64,000 nt of DNA from Waterburya sp. (GTDB lineage: Bacteria > Cyanobacteriota > Cyanobacteriia > Cyanobacteriales > Xenococcaceae). The stretch spans positions 928,001 to 992,000 of the forward strand of contig CBDCJV010000002.1 in assembly GCA_965217895.1 (NCBI GenBank), given 5' to 3'. Shown one piece after another: positions 18,423-27,352 of the stretch. The translations under genes and the position numbers were made by a program. Each line of letters starts with the position of its first letter. Positions within the stretch are counted from its first letter, which is position 1. The notes beneath the pieces were generated by a model, which saw only the letters and a list, made by a program, of their open reading frames with translations, was not told the DNA's origin and ran no database searches.

Positions 18423-19859
18423 CTAAGAATTAGCCCAATCTCTTGCCCATTCTAAAACCTTACGTACTTCAGGCATAGTAGGAGCTTGACAATACAACCG
18501 TAACACTGGCTCTGTGCCACTAAAGCGGATTAGTAACCAAGTCATGTCGCTCATTCTAAATTTATAGCCGTCTACATCCAGGCAATCTATTACAGGCATT
18601 TGGGCTACTTCAGTGGGAGTTTCGTTTTGCAAACGCTCCAGTAGTTTAGCTCGTACCTCCATACTTGCCAAAGGTAAATCAATGCGGTCATAAACAGCCG
18701 TAAAGTTAGTTTTTTGCTGTAGTCTAGCGTAAATAGTACCTAAATCTTCTCCCGACTCCACTACCGCTTCTAAAACATAGAGAGCCGATAATAAAGCATC
18801 TCGCTCAGGTATGTGCGTACCATAGCCAATGCCTCCAGACTCTTCTCCGCCGATCATCACTTCAGCGTGCATCATTCTGTCCCCAATGTATTTATAGCCG
18901 ATGGGGGTTTCATATACGGAACGTCCATAGATTTCAGCTAGACGAGGAATTAAGTCTGAACCACTAACAGTTTTGACAATTTCCCCTGTAAAGCCTTTGC
19001 GCTCTGCCAGGTGTTCGATCAAGATGGGAATTAATACTTGTGAACTAAGAAAATTGCCTTCACCGTCAGCACCAGCAATGCGATCGCTATCTCCGTCAAA
19101 TACTAAGCCAACCCTAAGACTATCAGGGTATTGTTTTGCTCCTTCTTTCATGGCGCGGAAAAAATCAGGCAGATATTTAGGTAAAGGTTCGGGTGCGCCA
19201 CCACCAAATAAAGGATCGCGATCGCTGTTTATTTCTTCTACAGGACAGCCTAATAAACGCTCTAAGCCTGTAGCCGCTGCACCGTGCATCACGTCTACAT
19301 ATACTTTTAATTTTCCAGAAGCGATCGCATTTTTTAGCTTAGGAATATCAACCTTTTGCTGTAATCCCTGACAGTAGCTAGCCCAAGGATCGAACATCTC
19401 TAGTTTTCCTGGTTCTGCTTGAGGGACAGGTTGATCGAGTTTAGCTTCAATTTGCTCGGTAATTTCTGGCGGCACAGAACCACCAAAGGCACTTTTAACT
19501 TTTAAGCCCAAATAGGCAGCAGGGTTATGAGAAGCCGTCATCACAATTGCCCCTAAGGCATTATGTGCCTTTGCTGCCCAACTAAATGCAGGAGTAGGGG
19601 CAAAGCACTCTGACAGCAATACATCAAATCCCGCTGCTTGGATTGATTCTGCGCTTAATTTAGCAAAATCTTCTGCCATAAAACGGCGATCGTAACCAAC
19701 AATAACTGTTTTATTATTTGCCGTATCACCATAATTATCTGCCAAAACTTGAGCGGCGATCGGTGCTAAGGTAGCTACTCGCTCAAAGGTAAAGTCAGCA
19801 GCAATTACTCCACGCCAGCCGTCCGTTCCAAATTTAATTGGATTAAGCTTATAAACCAT
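18423..19859 (-). CDS. Phosphoglucomutase/phosphomannomutase family protein
   Basis: FGTDGWRG, TASHNP (phospho-Ser), DGDSDR, GEESGG and RFSGTEP motifs. Confidence 0.95.
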   Translation of the reverse strand: MVYKLNPIKFGTDGWRGVIAADFTFERVATLAPIAAQVLADNYGDTANNKTVIVGYDRRFMAEDFAKLSAESIQAAGFDVLLSECFAPTPAFSWAAKAHNALGAIVMTASHNPAAYLGLKVKSAFGGSVPPEITEQIEAKLDQPVPQAEPGKLEMFDPWASYCQGLQQKVDIPKLKNAIASGKLKVYVDVMHGAAATGLERLLGCPVEEINSDRDPLFGGGAPEPLPKYLPDFFRAMKEGAKQYPDSLRVGLVFDGDSDRIAGADGEGNFLSSQVLIPILIEHLAERKGFTGEIVKTVSGSDLIPRLAEIYGRSVYETPIGYKYIGDRMMHAEVMIGGEESGGIGYGTHIPERDALLSALYVLEAVVESGEDLGTIYARLQQKTNFTAVYDRIDLPLASMEVRAKLLERLQNETPTEVAQMPVIDCLDVDGYKFRMSDMTWLLIRFSGTEPVLRLYCQAPTMPEVRKVLEWARDWANS

Positions 19860-19969
19860 AAAATTTAAAATTTAGTGACCAAAAATAACACCTTTTAGAT
19901 TAACTGTTTCTCCACAGTTTGAAAACCTGAAAAGGATCACAACCAAGTCCAATATTTTCTCGTAACCGC

Positions 19970-20287
19970 TTAAACTTCTTTTGATGAGTTGTCCTGACTT
20001 TGCTCTATATTCTGCAATAAATCTTTTAATCTCATTCTTTCAATGTAAGGCCAGCCACCTTTTTCTTCAATATCCTTTACAAACTGATATAGATCGTTGC
20101 GAGTCTGAGGCAGAGCTTTTTCAAAAAAACTTACTCTGATTTGACGATGAATTTGTTCTAAATCTCGTAACAAAGACAATAAAAACAGACTATCATTTTG
20201 ATTTTCTGCTGCTAAGGCACAAATATCTTTGGCTGCGTCTTGCAATACATTATCCGAACTCATATTAATATCTCGATCTTCAGTCAT
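19970..20287 (-). CDS. Conserved cyanobacterial hypothetical protein
   Basis: LLRDLEQIHRQIR...LPQTRNDLY...GGWPYIERM; same strand as and directly upstream of the phosphomutase gene. Confidence 0.75.
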   Translation of the reverse strand: MTEDRDINMSSDNVLQDAAKDICALAAENQNDSLFLLSLLRDLEQIHRQIRVSFFEKALPQTRNDLYQFVKDIEEKGGWPYIERMRLKDLLQNIEQSQDNSSKEV

Positions 20288-20383
20288 CTGTCAAACACAG
20301 TAAAAATAAACTTTGTCTACTTTATATACAGGCGTTGCTGAACGTGTAATGCTAAAACAAAATTTTACTTATCTATTCATCAA

Positions 20384-20431
20384 CATGGCGATTAGAGATG
20401 CTCTCTGACCGAGAGCCTCTCTCGCCATCAA
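20384..20431 (+). mobile_element. 45 bp hairpin element plus CAA, following CATCAA and ending in TCAA
   Basis: CATGGCGATTAGAGATGCTCTCTGACCGAGAGCCTCTCTCGCCAT; 38/45 identical to the insertion at 31721-31765 (minus strand). Confidence 0.85.
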
Positions 20432-20458
20432 GACAGATTGCTCAAAAGCTAATAGTAA

Positions 20459-20517
20459 GGGCGACCCTGCGTCGGCGTAAGACGCAAGACAAAGGCTTTA
20501 GCCGCATGTACGCGCCC
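20459..20517 (+). repeat. ~60 bp structured dispersed repeat (family D), copy 2
   Basis: GCGACCCTGCGTC...ACAAAGGCTTTAGCC-CATGTACGCGC shared with 8289-8348; followed by a CCCGAAGGG mini-hairpin. Confidence 0.8.
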
Positions 20518-20853
20518 GAACCCGAAGGGCTAACGGCAAACAGCTAAGAGCTACGAACAGAATTATTATGTATGTTATTACTCAAATCAGCAACGCCTTA
20601 TATACAATTCACTTCGATACTAAACCGATTCCACTATCCTTGTCTGCAAAATAATTCAGTATTATGAGATTTTTAGGCGATCGGATTATTTAGTAGTACT
20701 TATTTGGTAGAGTAGAAAGCATCTATAAAAATGGCTAAATTATTACAACAGCCTATTTTTGACATCTTTCGCGCTCGATGTCATCGCTACTCTGCTTTGT
20801 AAAGATAGAGTTGGTGATGACTGCCTTCCGCAGTTAAATCTAAAATTGACAAA

Positions 20854-21693
20854 ATGAAGTTGACTATGAGATACCGTACAATTATTGCTAGCCTTCTAGC
20901 ATTATGCTTAGGAGTGCTAACAGCCTGTAGTGATTCTAGTAAAGTAAGCAGAAACGAATTAACTTACGACGAAATTCTTAACACGGGAATAGCTAATACT
21001 TGTTTAGAATTACCCAATAGCAGTCGTGGGACTATCGCTATTGAATCAGGTAAAAACTATGCTATTCGCGATTTGTGCCTAGAACCTAGAGAATATTTCG
21101 TTAAAGAAGAACCCGTTAGTAAACGTCAAAAAGCTGAATACATCCAAGGCAAATTATTAACTAGATATACTTCTAGTCTCGATCAGATCCAAGGCAAAAT
21201 CGATCCTAACTCTGATGGAACTTTAACTTTCACCGAGATCGATGGTCTTGATTTCCAACCAGCTACGGTTTTGCTACCTGGTGGGAAAGAAGTTCCTTTC
21301 CTCTTTACTATGAAGCAATTTGTTGGCACTACTCTAGGTAGTGCTGATTCTATCAATACTTCAACCGACTTTGAGGGCGAATTTAATGTGCCTTCTTATC
21401 GTGGTCAAGTTTTCTTAGATCCAAAAGGACGTAGCCTTGCTAGTGGTTATGATAATGCCGTTGCTTTGCCTGGGTTAGCAGATGACTCTAGATTTTCTAA
21501 CGCCAACGTCAAAGAGTTTGTCTCTCGTAAAGGCAAAATGTCTCTTAATGTCACCAAAATAGATAGTGAAACTGGAGAGATTGCTGGTGTATTTGAAAGT
21601 GAGCAACCTTCTGCTACTGATTTGGGTGCAGAAGAGCCAGAAGAGGTTAAAGTTCGTGGTATTTTCTACGCCAGAGTTGAATCTAATGTTTAA
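20854..21693 (+). CDS. psbO: Photosystem II manganese-stabilising protein PsbO
   Basis: LTYDEILNTGIANTC, FLDPKGR, GYDNAVALP, EQPSATDLGA; lipoprotein-type signal (LTAC). Confidence 0.97.
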   Translation: MKLTMRYRTIIASLLALCLGVLTACSDSSKVSRNELTYDEILNTGIANTCLELPNSSRGTIAIESGKNYAIRDLCLEPREYFVKEEPVSKRQKAEYIQGKLLTRYTSSLDQIQGKIDPNSDGTLTFTEIDGLDFQPATVLLPGGKEVPFLFTMKQFVGTTLGSADSINTSTDFEGEFNVPSYRGQVFLDPKGRSLASGYDNAVALPGLADDSRFSNANVKEFVSRKGKMSLNVTKIDSETGEIAGVFESEQPSATDLGAEEPEEVKVRGIFYARVESNV

Positions 21694-21759
21694 TCTTTTA
21701 AATAACATTAATTTAGCTATTTAATTTACTAGTTATTTTCAAATAAGCTAATACTATTA

Positions 21760-21781
21760 GGGGCGAAAGCCCCATTTTTTT
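21760..21781 (+). terminator. Intrinsic terminator of psbO
   Basis: GGGGC-GAAA-GCCCC followed by ATTTTTTT. Confidence 0.8.
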
Positions 21782-21838
21782 GCTCAAAAATATATATTTT
21801 ATTAATAGCTTTAAATGAGATTATATAATAGTTGCATT

Positions 21839-21941
21839 AGTGTAAACACTTAATAAACCGGTGTTTACACAGAAAACAATCCCAAATATTAAGTGTAAAT
21901 CGGGTCTTTATTTAAACTTGATAAAACAATAATAGTGTAAA
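21839..21941. promoter_or_regulatory. Repeated AGTGTAAA boxes and a 10 bp inverted repeat upstream of sigF
   Basis: AGTGTAAA at 21839, 21892 and 21934; GTGTAAACAC-N11-GTGTTTACAC at 21840-21870. Confidence 0.5.
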
Positions 21942-22059
21942 TGCTGTTGTCCTAGATAGAGAATAAATAATAAGCTGAAATTGTTCGCAAACAGATTTTA
22001 TTCAATCAAGTAAATATTAACTTTTAAATTAAATATTCTCTCTATCTAGGAATAAATTA

Positions 22060-22836
22060 ATGACGGCTTGTATTAGCAAACATATTAAAATAGACAGTCT
22101 TTTTCTATTTCAGGAGTATCAACAAAAACCAAACACAAATATCCGTAATCAGATTATGGAACTAAACTTTGGTTTAGTAAAAAAAGAAGCTTATCATTGG
22201 ATGAACCAATGCCATGAGAGTTACGAGGATTTATTACAGGTTGGTTCTATTGGCTTAATTAGAGCGATTGAACGTTTTAGTGTTGAAAAGGGTAATGCTT
22301 TTAGTTCTTTTGCAATTCCTTATATCAGAGGCGAAATTCAACACTATCTTCGAGATAAAAGTAGCACTCTCAGGATTCCCAGACGCTGGTTAGAATTAAG
22401 GCAACAATCAGTAGCCTTTGTGCATAATTTTCGTGAAGAATATCACCGTCAGCCAACCAATTTAGAAATTGCCAACTATCTAAACGTATCAGTTAAAGAG
22501 TGGCAAGATATCAAGCTGGCATATCAAAATCGTAAACCTTTAAGTCTAGATATTTCCGTTAATAATGACGTAGAAAATCAAACTAGTCTATGTGATATGG
22601 TTGCCGATCCAAAAAATCGTAGTTTTCAGTTGGCTCACGAAGATAGAATACGTTTACAACAGGCTTTATCAGAATTAGAAGAACGAACCAGAGATGTTTT
22701 AGAGTTTGTTTTTCTCCATGATTTAACTCAAAAAGAGACAGCGAAAATGCTAGGAATTAGCGTTGTAACTGTTTCTCGTCAAATGAAAAAAGGTTTAAAT
22801 TTACTAAAAAAATCAATGACTCAAGAAAACCCATAG
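22060..22836 (+). CDS. sigF: RNA polymerase sigma factor SigF (group 3)
   Basis: KKEAYHW, EDLLQVGSIGLIRAIERF, FSSFAIPYIRGEIQHYLRDK, FLHDLTQKE. Confidence 0.9.
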   Translation: MTACISKHIKIDSLFLFQEYQQKPNTNIRNQIMELNFGLVKKEAYHWMNQCHESYEDLLQVGSIGLIRAIERFSVEKGNAFSSFAIPYIRGEIQHYLRDKSSTLRIPRRWLELRQQSVAFVHNFREEYHRQPTNLEIANYLNVSVKEWQDIKLAYQNRKPLSLDISVNNDVENQTSLCDMVADPKNRSFQLAHEDRIRLQQALSELEERTRDVLEFVFLHDLTQKETAKMLGISVVTVSRQMKKGLNLLKKSMTQENP

Positions 22837-22941
22837 TTTCTCATCTATAGCCGATCTAAAAATCAACTGTTATCTTGGAGCTTAAGCTATTTGGTTAAAT
22901 ATTGAATAAGGTAATTTTAATTAAACCTTAGACTAATTATT

Positions 22942-23739
22942 ATGAATAAAGTCGTATTATTGACATTAACTGGAACGATAGCTTTGCTAACTCAAAGCTG
23001 TTCTCTTTTCTCCAATTTTGCTGATTCTCAAAAGGAGCAAGAAGAAAATGCTGCTCAACCTATCCCTGTTCAAACAGATCCTGCTCAAGCTCAAACAGAA
23101 GAAGCAGAATTCGCTGATTTGGGTCAAGAAAATGAACCCGCTCAAGAAATTGCTGGTTTGATTCCTGCAACTAATCCTGATGTCAGAGCTAGAACAAGTG
23201 TTCGTGGCAGACAAGATCCTTTCTCAGTAGTTAATTTAACGCCACGCATTGCTATCAAAGAACAAGAAGAGACAAAACAGGCAAAAGACAGCAATCAAAA
23301 TCAAAACCAAAATAATAATAGTTTGAGCAATAATGCCAATCTTAACGGAGGCTCAAATCAGAATAGTAATGGCTCAATTGATGACAATTCAACCAACTTT
23401 ACTGCTCTAGCACCTCCTGACTCCACTTTGGCTCAAAATGTAATCGTCTCAGGGTTATATCAGGGTAATGGCAGAGCAAAATTAATTGTAAAAGCACCAG
23501 AAGAAGATACTAGCCGTTATGTAGAGGTGGGTCAATATTTATCTAATGGTCAGATATTGGTTAAAAGTATCGATCTCAATTATTCTCCTACTCCAAGGGT
23601 GATTTTAGAACAGTCTGGGGTTGAAGTTTTTAAAGAAATTGGCGAAAGTCCTGAAAATTCTAACGGTAACAATATTAGCTCTTTGCCAACTGATAATTCT
23701 CGCACTTTACTATCTAATGCTTCATTGGGCTTAAAATGA
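22942..23739 (+). CDS. Predicted lipoprotein, possibly PilP-like
   Basis: Lipobox-like LTQSC, disordered N-terminal half, GRQDPF motif, C-terminal beta-rich RYVEVGQYLSNGQILVKSI. Confidence 0.65.
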   Translation: MNKVVLLTLTGTIALLTQSCSLFSNFADSQKEQEENAAQPIPVQTDPAQAQTEEAEFADLGQENEPAQEIAGLIPATNPDVRARTSVRGRQDPFSVVNLTPRIAIKEQEETKQAKDSNQNQNQNNNSLSNNANLNGGSNQNSNGSIDDNSTNFTALAPPDSTLAQNVIVSGLYQGNGRAKLIVKAPEEDTSRYVEVGQYLSNGQILVKSIDLNYSPTPRVILEQSGVEVFKEIGESPENSNGNNISSLPTDNSRTLLSNASLGLK

Positions 23740-23764
23740 GCTAATTAAAAGTAAATCTACTCAA

Positions 23765-23800
23765 AAAGCGATCGCGGTATTTAAATACCGCGATCGCTTT
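23765..23800. repeat. Perfect 36 bp palindrome built from two HIP1 sites (probable terminator)
   Basis: AAAGCGATCGCGGTATTTAAATACCGCGATCGCTTT equals its own reverse complement. Confidence 0.8.
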
Positions 23801-23879
23801 CTAGATAATTATTTATCAAATTGAGATAAGCCGATAAAATAGTTAAGTAGGTTTAGGGATATCGATCTGAGCTAGAAAC

Positions 23880-24470
23880 ATGAGTAAGAAAGCAGAATTG
23901 TTAGAAGCGATCGCTGGCAAAAATCGGGGCTTGTTGGCTAATGAAATTGATAATGTTAAAGTCCTCTCAGCAATCCAACAGTTAGAAGACACTAATCCTA
24001 CCAAAAATCCTTTAGAAGCCAAAGATTTACTTAATGGTGACTGGCGTTTGTTGTATACCACCAGTAAAGGTCTTCTGGGTCTAGATCGTTTTCCTCTGTT
24101 AAAGCTAGGACAAATTTATCAGTGTATTCGCGTACCCCAAGCCAAAGTTTATAATATTGCCGAGATTATCGGCTTACCGATGCTAGAAGGCTTAGTTAGC
24201 GTTGCTGCTAGCTTTGAACCAGTTTCCGAACGCCGAGTTAACGTTATGTTTGAACGCTCCATCTTCGGCTTGCAGCGTCTACTCAGTTACAACACCCCCG
24301 CAAAACTTATTCAGCAGATTGAATCGGGCAAAAAATTTCTGCCTCTAGATTTTAAAATTGATCGTGGCGATCAAAGAGGCTGGTTGGATATTACTTATTT
24401 GGATGAAGATATACGCATTGGTCGAGGAAATGAAGGCAGTGTCTTTGTCTTAACTAAAGAAGTTGCCTGA
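23880..24470 (+). CDS. PAP/fibrillin family protein
   Basis: LLEAIAGKNRGLLA, LLNGDWRLLYTTS and GWLDITYLDEDIRIGRGNEGSVFVL motifs. Confidence 0.92.
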   Translation: MSKKAELLEAIAGKNRGLLANEIDNVKVLSAIQQLEDTNPTKNPLEAKDLLNGDWRLLYTTSKGLLGLDRFPLLKLGQIYQCIRVPQAKVYNIAEIIGLPMLEGLVSVAASFEPVSERRVNVMFERSIFGLQRLLSYNTPAKLIQQIESGKKFLPLDFKIDRGDQRGWLDITYLDEDIRIGRGNEGSVFVLTKEVA

Positions 24471-24824
24471 AATTAGATTTTGCTAAGTATAGCGACCAAG
24501 CACAGATAATCAGGTCACACACAAAATATTCAAAAATATATCTTAAGGAATAATCTAATCCGATCATAAATATGATTTATTTAAAGTAATTAAATATACT
24601 TTACGTCTGGTGTGAATTAAAACTTGCTTTTAGGATAGCTTTGGTTATGAAAATATTAGCTTTTTCGAGTTGCAGGAGAATAAACACGCCTTCTAAGCTA
24701 TAAAAAGTGATGAATTTTTACGTAGTTTTTTAAAGCTAAGAGTTGATAGCTAATAGCTAAAAACTAGTAAATTAGAGCGAAGCTAATTCACACTAAGCGT
24801 ACTTTAGATAATTATTTACAGATT

Positions 24825-25676
24825 ATGGCTGCAACTAAAAATCAAGATCGTGACAACTCAGAATTTGAAGATTATGCTCAAAAGTCCTCAACAGGACAGT
24901 TAATAATTATTGGTGGTGCAGAAGACAAAGAGGGAGAATGCACAATTTTAAGAGAGTTTGTCCGACGCGCAGGAGGTAGAGAAGCCAAAATTGCAATCAT
25001 GACTGTAGCAACAAGGTTACCAGGAGAAGTTGGCAATGATTATCGACGTATTTTTAGCGATATGGGCGTAGACGTAATAGATATCGTCGATACCGAAAGA
25101 GAAGAAGATGTGGATAGCCCTAGAGATTTAGAAGTTATTGAAAACTCTACTGGAGTGTTTTTTACTGGGGGAGATCAATCTCGCATTACAAATTTGCTCA
25201 AAGACACTAAAATTGATAATTTGTTACATCGCAAACTTGCTCAAGGTTTGGTGATTGGCGGTACAAGTGCAGGAGCAGCCATGATGCCTGATGTTATGAT
25301 TGTTGAGGGAGAAGGCGAAACTAATCCCCGTGTCGATAGCGTTACTTTAGAGCCTGGAATGGGTTTTCTCTCACGGGTAGCGATCGATCAACACTTTTCC
25401 CAAAGAGGAAGATTGGGTAGATTTATCTCGGCTTTAATTCAACAACCTGCTGTATTAGGGTTTGGTATTGATGAGAATACAGCGATCGCCGTTGACGGTG
25501 ACGAGGTAGAAGTTATCGGTGAAGGCGCGGTGACCATTATTGATGTTTCAGATATTGAATATACTAACCTCAAAGAATCTTTGCACGATGAGTCTTTAGC
25601 AATTTGTGGCGCAAAGATACATATTTTGCCCCGTGGCTATCGGTTTAATCTTCAGCAAAGAAAATGTATTTATTAA
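24825..25676 (+). CDS. cphB: Cyanophycinase (peptidase S51)
   Basis: IIGGAEDK, FFTGGDQSRI, GTSAGA nucleophile, IDQHFSQRGRLGR, GIDENTA. Confidence 0.9.
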   Translation: MAATKNQDRDNSEFEDYAQKSSTGQLIIIGGAEDKEGECTILREFVRRAGGREAKIAIMTVATRLPGEVGNDYRRIFSDMGVDVIDIVDTEREEDVDSPRDLEVIENSTGVFFTGGDQSRITNLLKDTKIDNLLHRKLAQGLVIGGTSAGAAMMPDVMIVEGEGETNPRVDSVTLEPGMGFLSRVAIDQHFSQRGRLGRFISALIQQPAVLGFGIDENTAIAVDGDEVEVIGEGAVTIIDVSDIEYTNLKESLHDESLAICGAKIHILPRGYRFNLQQRKCIY

Positions 25677-25688
25677 ATAGAATGAATT

Positions 25689-25924
25689 GTGAAGTTTCTA
25701 ATTGATGTTAATACTAGTCGCTCTCTGGGAAATCATCTGTTAGCCAAAGGTTATGACGTGGCATATGTGAATGAAGTTGACCAAAAGATGGTAGAGAAGA
25801 TATTCTGGCATGGGCAGTGCGAGAACAACAAATAATCTTAACCACTGATAATGATTTTGAACAAATAGATAGAAATAATTTCTCTGATACCCGTTTAAGA
25901 TTCCTGATAGTGCTTAAACTATAG
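25689..25924 (+). pseudogene. DUF5615 PIN-like toxin remnant (frameshifted, truncated)
   Basis: GTG-KFLIDVNTSRSLGNHLLAKGYDVAYV...KM, continuing after a frameshift near 25795 as EDILAWAVREQQIILTTDNDFE. Confidence 0.75.
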
Positions 25925-25973
25925 ATCATTATCAAAAGCAGCTTAAATCAAGATTCACTAGAGGTGCAACATC

Positions 25974-27032
25974 ATGAGTAATTCAGCTAAAAAACCCATC
26001 GGCATTATCGGTGCTTCTGGATATGGAGGGGTTCAATTAGTCAGACTTCTCCTGGAACATCCTGAAGCAGAAATTGTTTATTTAGGCGGTGATAGCAGCG
26101 CAGGTAAACAGTATGGCTCTATTTATCCTCATCTGGCTCATTGCGTAGATCTTAATGTCGAAAAAATCGATTTAGATCTAGTTGCTTCTCGCTGCGAAGC
26201 TGTATTTTTAGGCTTACCAAACGGTTTAGCCTGCGATATTGCTCCAGCTTTAATCGAGAAAGGATGCAAAGTGTTAGATCTTTCTGCGGACTATCGCTTT
26301 AGTAATTTAGACACTTATACAGATTGGTATAAAAAAGCACGCAAAGATCTGGCGATCGCTAGCAAAGCCGTTTATGGTTTACCTGAGCTACATCGTGAAC
26401 AAATAAAACAAGCTGCTTTAATCGGCTGTCCTGGCTGCTATCCCACCGCTAGTTTGTTGGCTCTAGCACCATTACTCAAAAATGGCTTAGTTGACCCATC
26501 AACAGCTATTATAGATGCCAAATCAGGTACGTCTGGAGGGGGTCGTCAGGCAAAAACCAGTATGCTGTTAGCAGAAGCAGATAATTCTTTGGCAGCCTAT
26601 GGAGTTGCTAATCACCGTCATACCCCCGAAATTGAGCAGGTTTGTAGCTCCTTAGCTCATCAAGAGATTACGGTACAGTTTACTCCTCATTTGATTCCTA
26701 TGGTTCGGGGAATACTATCAACGGTTTATGCAACCTTGAGAGATCCTGGTCTAGTTAGAGAAGACTTGTTGACTATTTATTCTGCTTTCTATCGCTCATC
26801 AAGCTTTGTCAAAATTCTACCTAGTGGTGTTTATCCTCAAACCAAATGGGCGTGGGGAACTAATTTAGCCTATATTGGCATTCAGGTAGACTCCCGTACA
26901 GGAAGAGTGATAGTGATGTCTGCTATTGATAATCTGATTAAAGGTCAAGCAGGTCAAGCGGTGCAATGTCTCAATTTGATGATGGGTTGGGACGAAGCTG
27001 TTGGTTTGCCTAAGCTTAGTTTTTATCCTTAA
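25974..27032 (+). CDS. argC: N-acetyl-gamma-glutamyl-phosphate reductase
   Basis: [37 protein letters not shown] and [13 protein letters not shown] motifs. Confidence 0.97.
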   Translation: MSNSAKKPIGIIGASGYGGVQLVRLLLEHPEAEIVYLGGDSSAGKQYGSIYPHLAHCVDLNVEKIDLDLVASRCEAVFLGLPNGLACDIAPALIEKGCKVLDLSADYRFSNLDTYTDWYKKARKDLAIASKAVYGLPELHREQIKQAALIGCPGCYPTASLLALAPLLKNGLVDPSTAIIDAKSGTSGGGRQAKTSMLLAEADNSLAAYGVANHRHTPEIEQVCSSLAHQEITVQFTPHLIPMVRGILSTVYATLRDPGLVREDLLTIYSAFYRSSSFVKILPSGVYPQTKWAWGTNLAYIGIQVDSRTGRVIVMSAIDNLIKGQAGQAVQCLNLMMGWDEAVGLPKLSFYP

Positions 27033-27352
27033 TACTTCTTCAAGGCGTAAAATATAAGGTTAGTGTTGATACAATTTTGGTAAGTACACTATTGATATAA
27101 TCCCTTTACTAAAAGTAATTAGCATAAAATAAATATTTCTGATTTATAACTAGTTACTTAAAGAATAAAAAAGCGATGGGATACCCTAGCGGGTTCAACA
27201 GTAGATATGGACAAGTTTTTTTGTTTCAAGGGAGGAACACAGCCAAGGAACTGTCTTGCAAGAGTAAGAAGTTGTATCAAAGTATAAGCCTTGCGTTGTC
27301 TGCAACTGTGCGCATCAAGAAAGCGATCGCGCTTTAGCCCCCTAACAAAAAC

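Larger units (their letters stand above)
20331..20597. mobile_element. MITE with 9 bp target-site duplication
   Basis: TIRs GGCGTTGCTGA / TCAGCAACGCC; flanking direct repeat TTATATACA at 20322-20330 and 20598-20606; no ORF. Confidence 0.88.

Noticed and set aside
20381..20431. Interpreting the hairpin elements as integron attC sites
   Set aside because: Ends do not fit RYYYAAC...GTTRRRY, they do not flank gene cassettes, and no integron integrase is present in the window
27170..27345. Riboswitch or TCAA-type element in the leader of the amino-acid transporter
   Set aside because: No glnA/glutamine-riboswitch consensus recognised; the TCAA...TCAA segment (27277-27318) has no closing terminal stem
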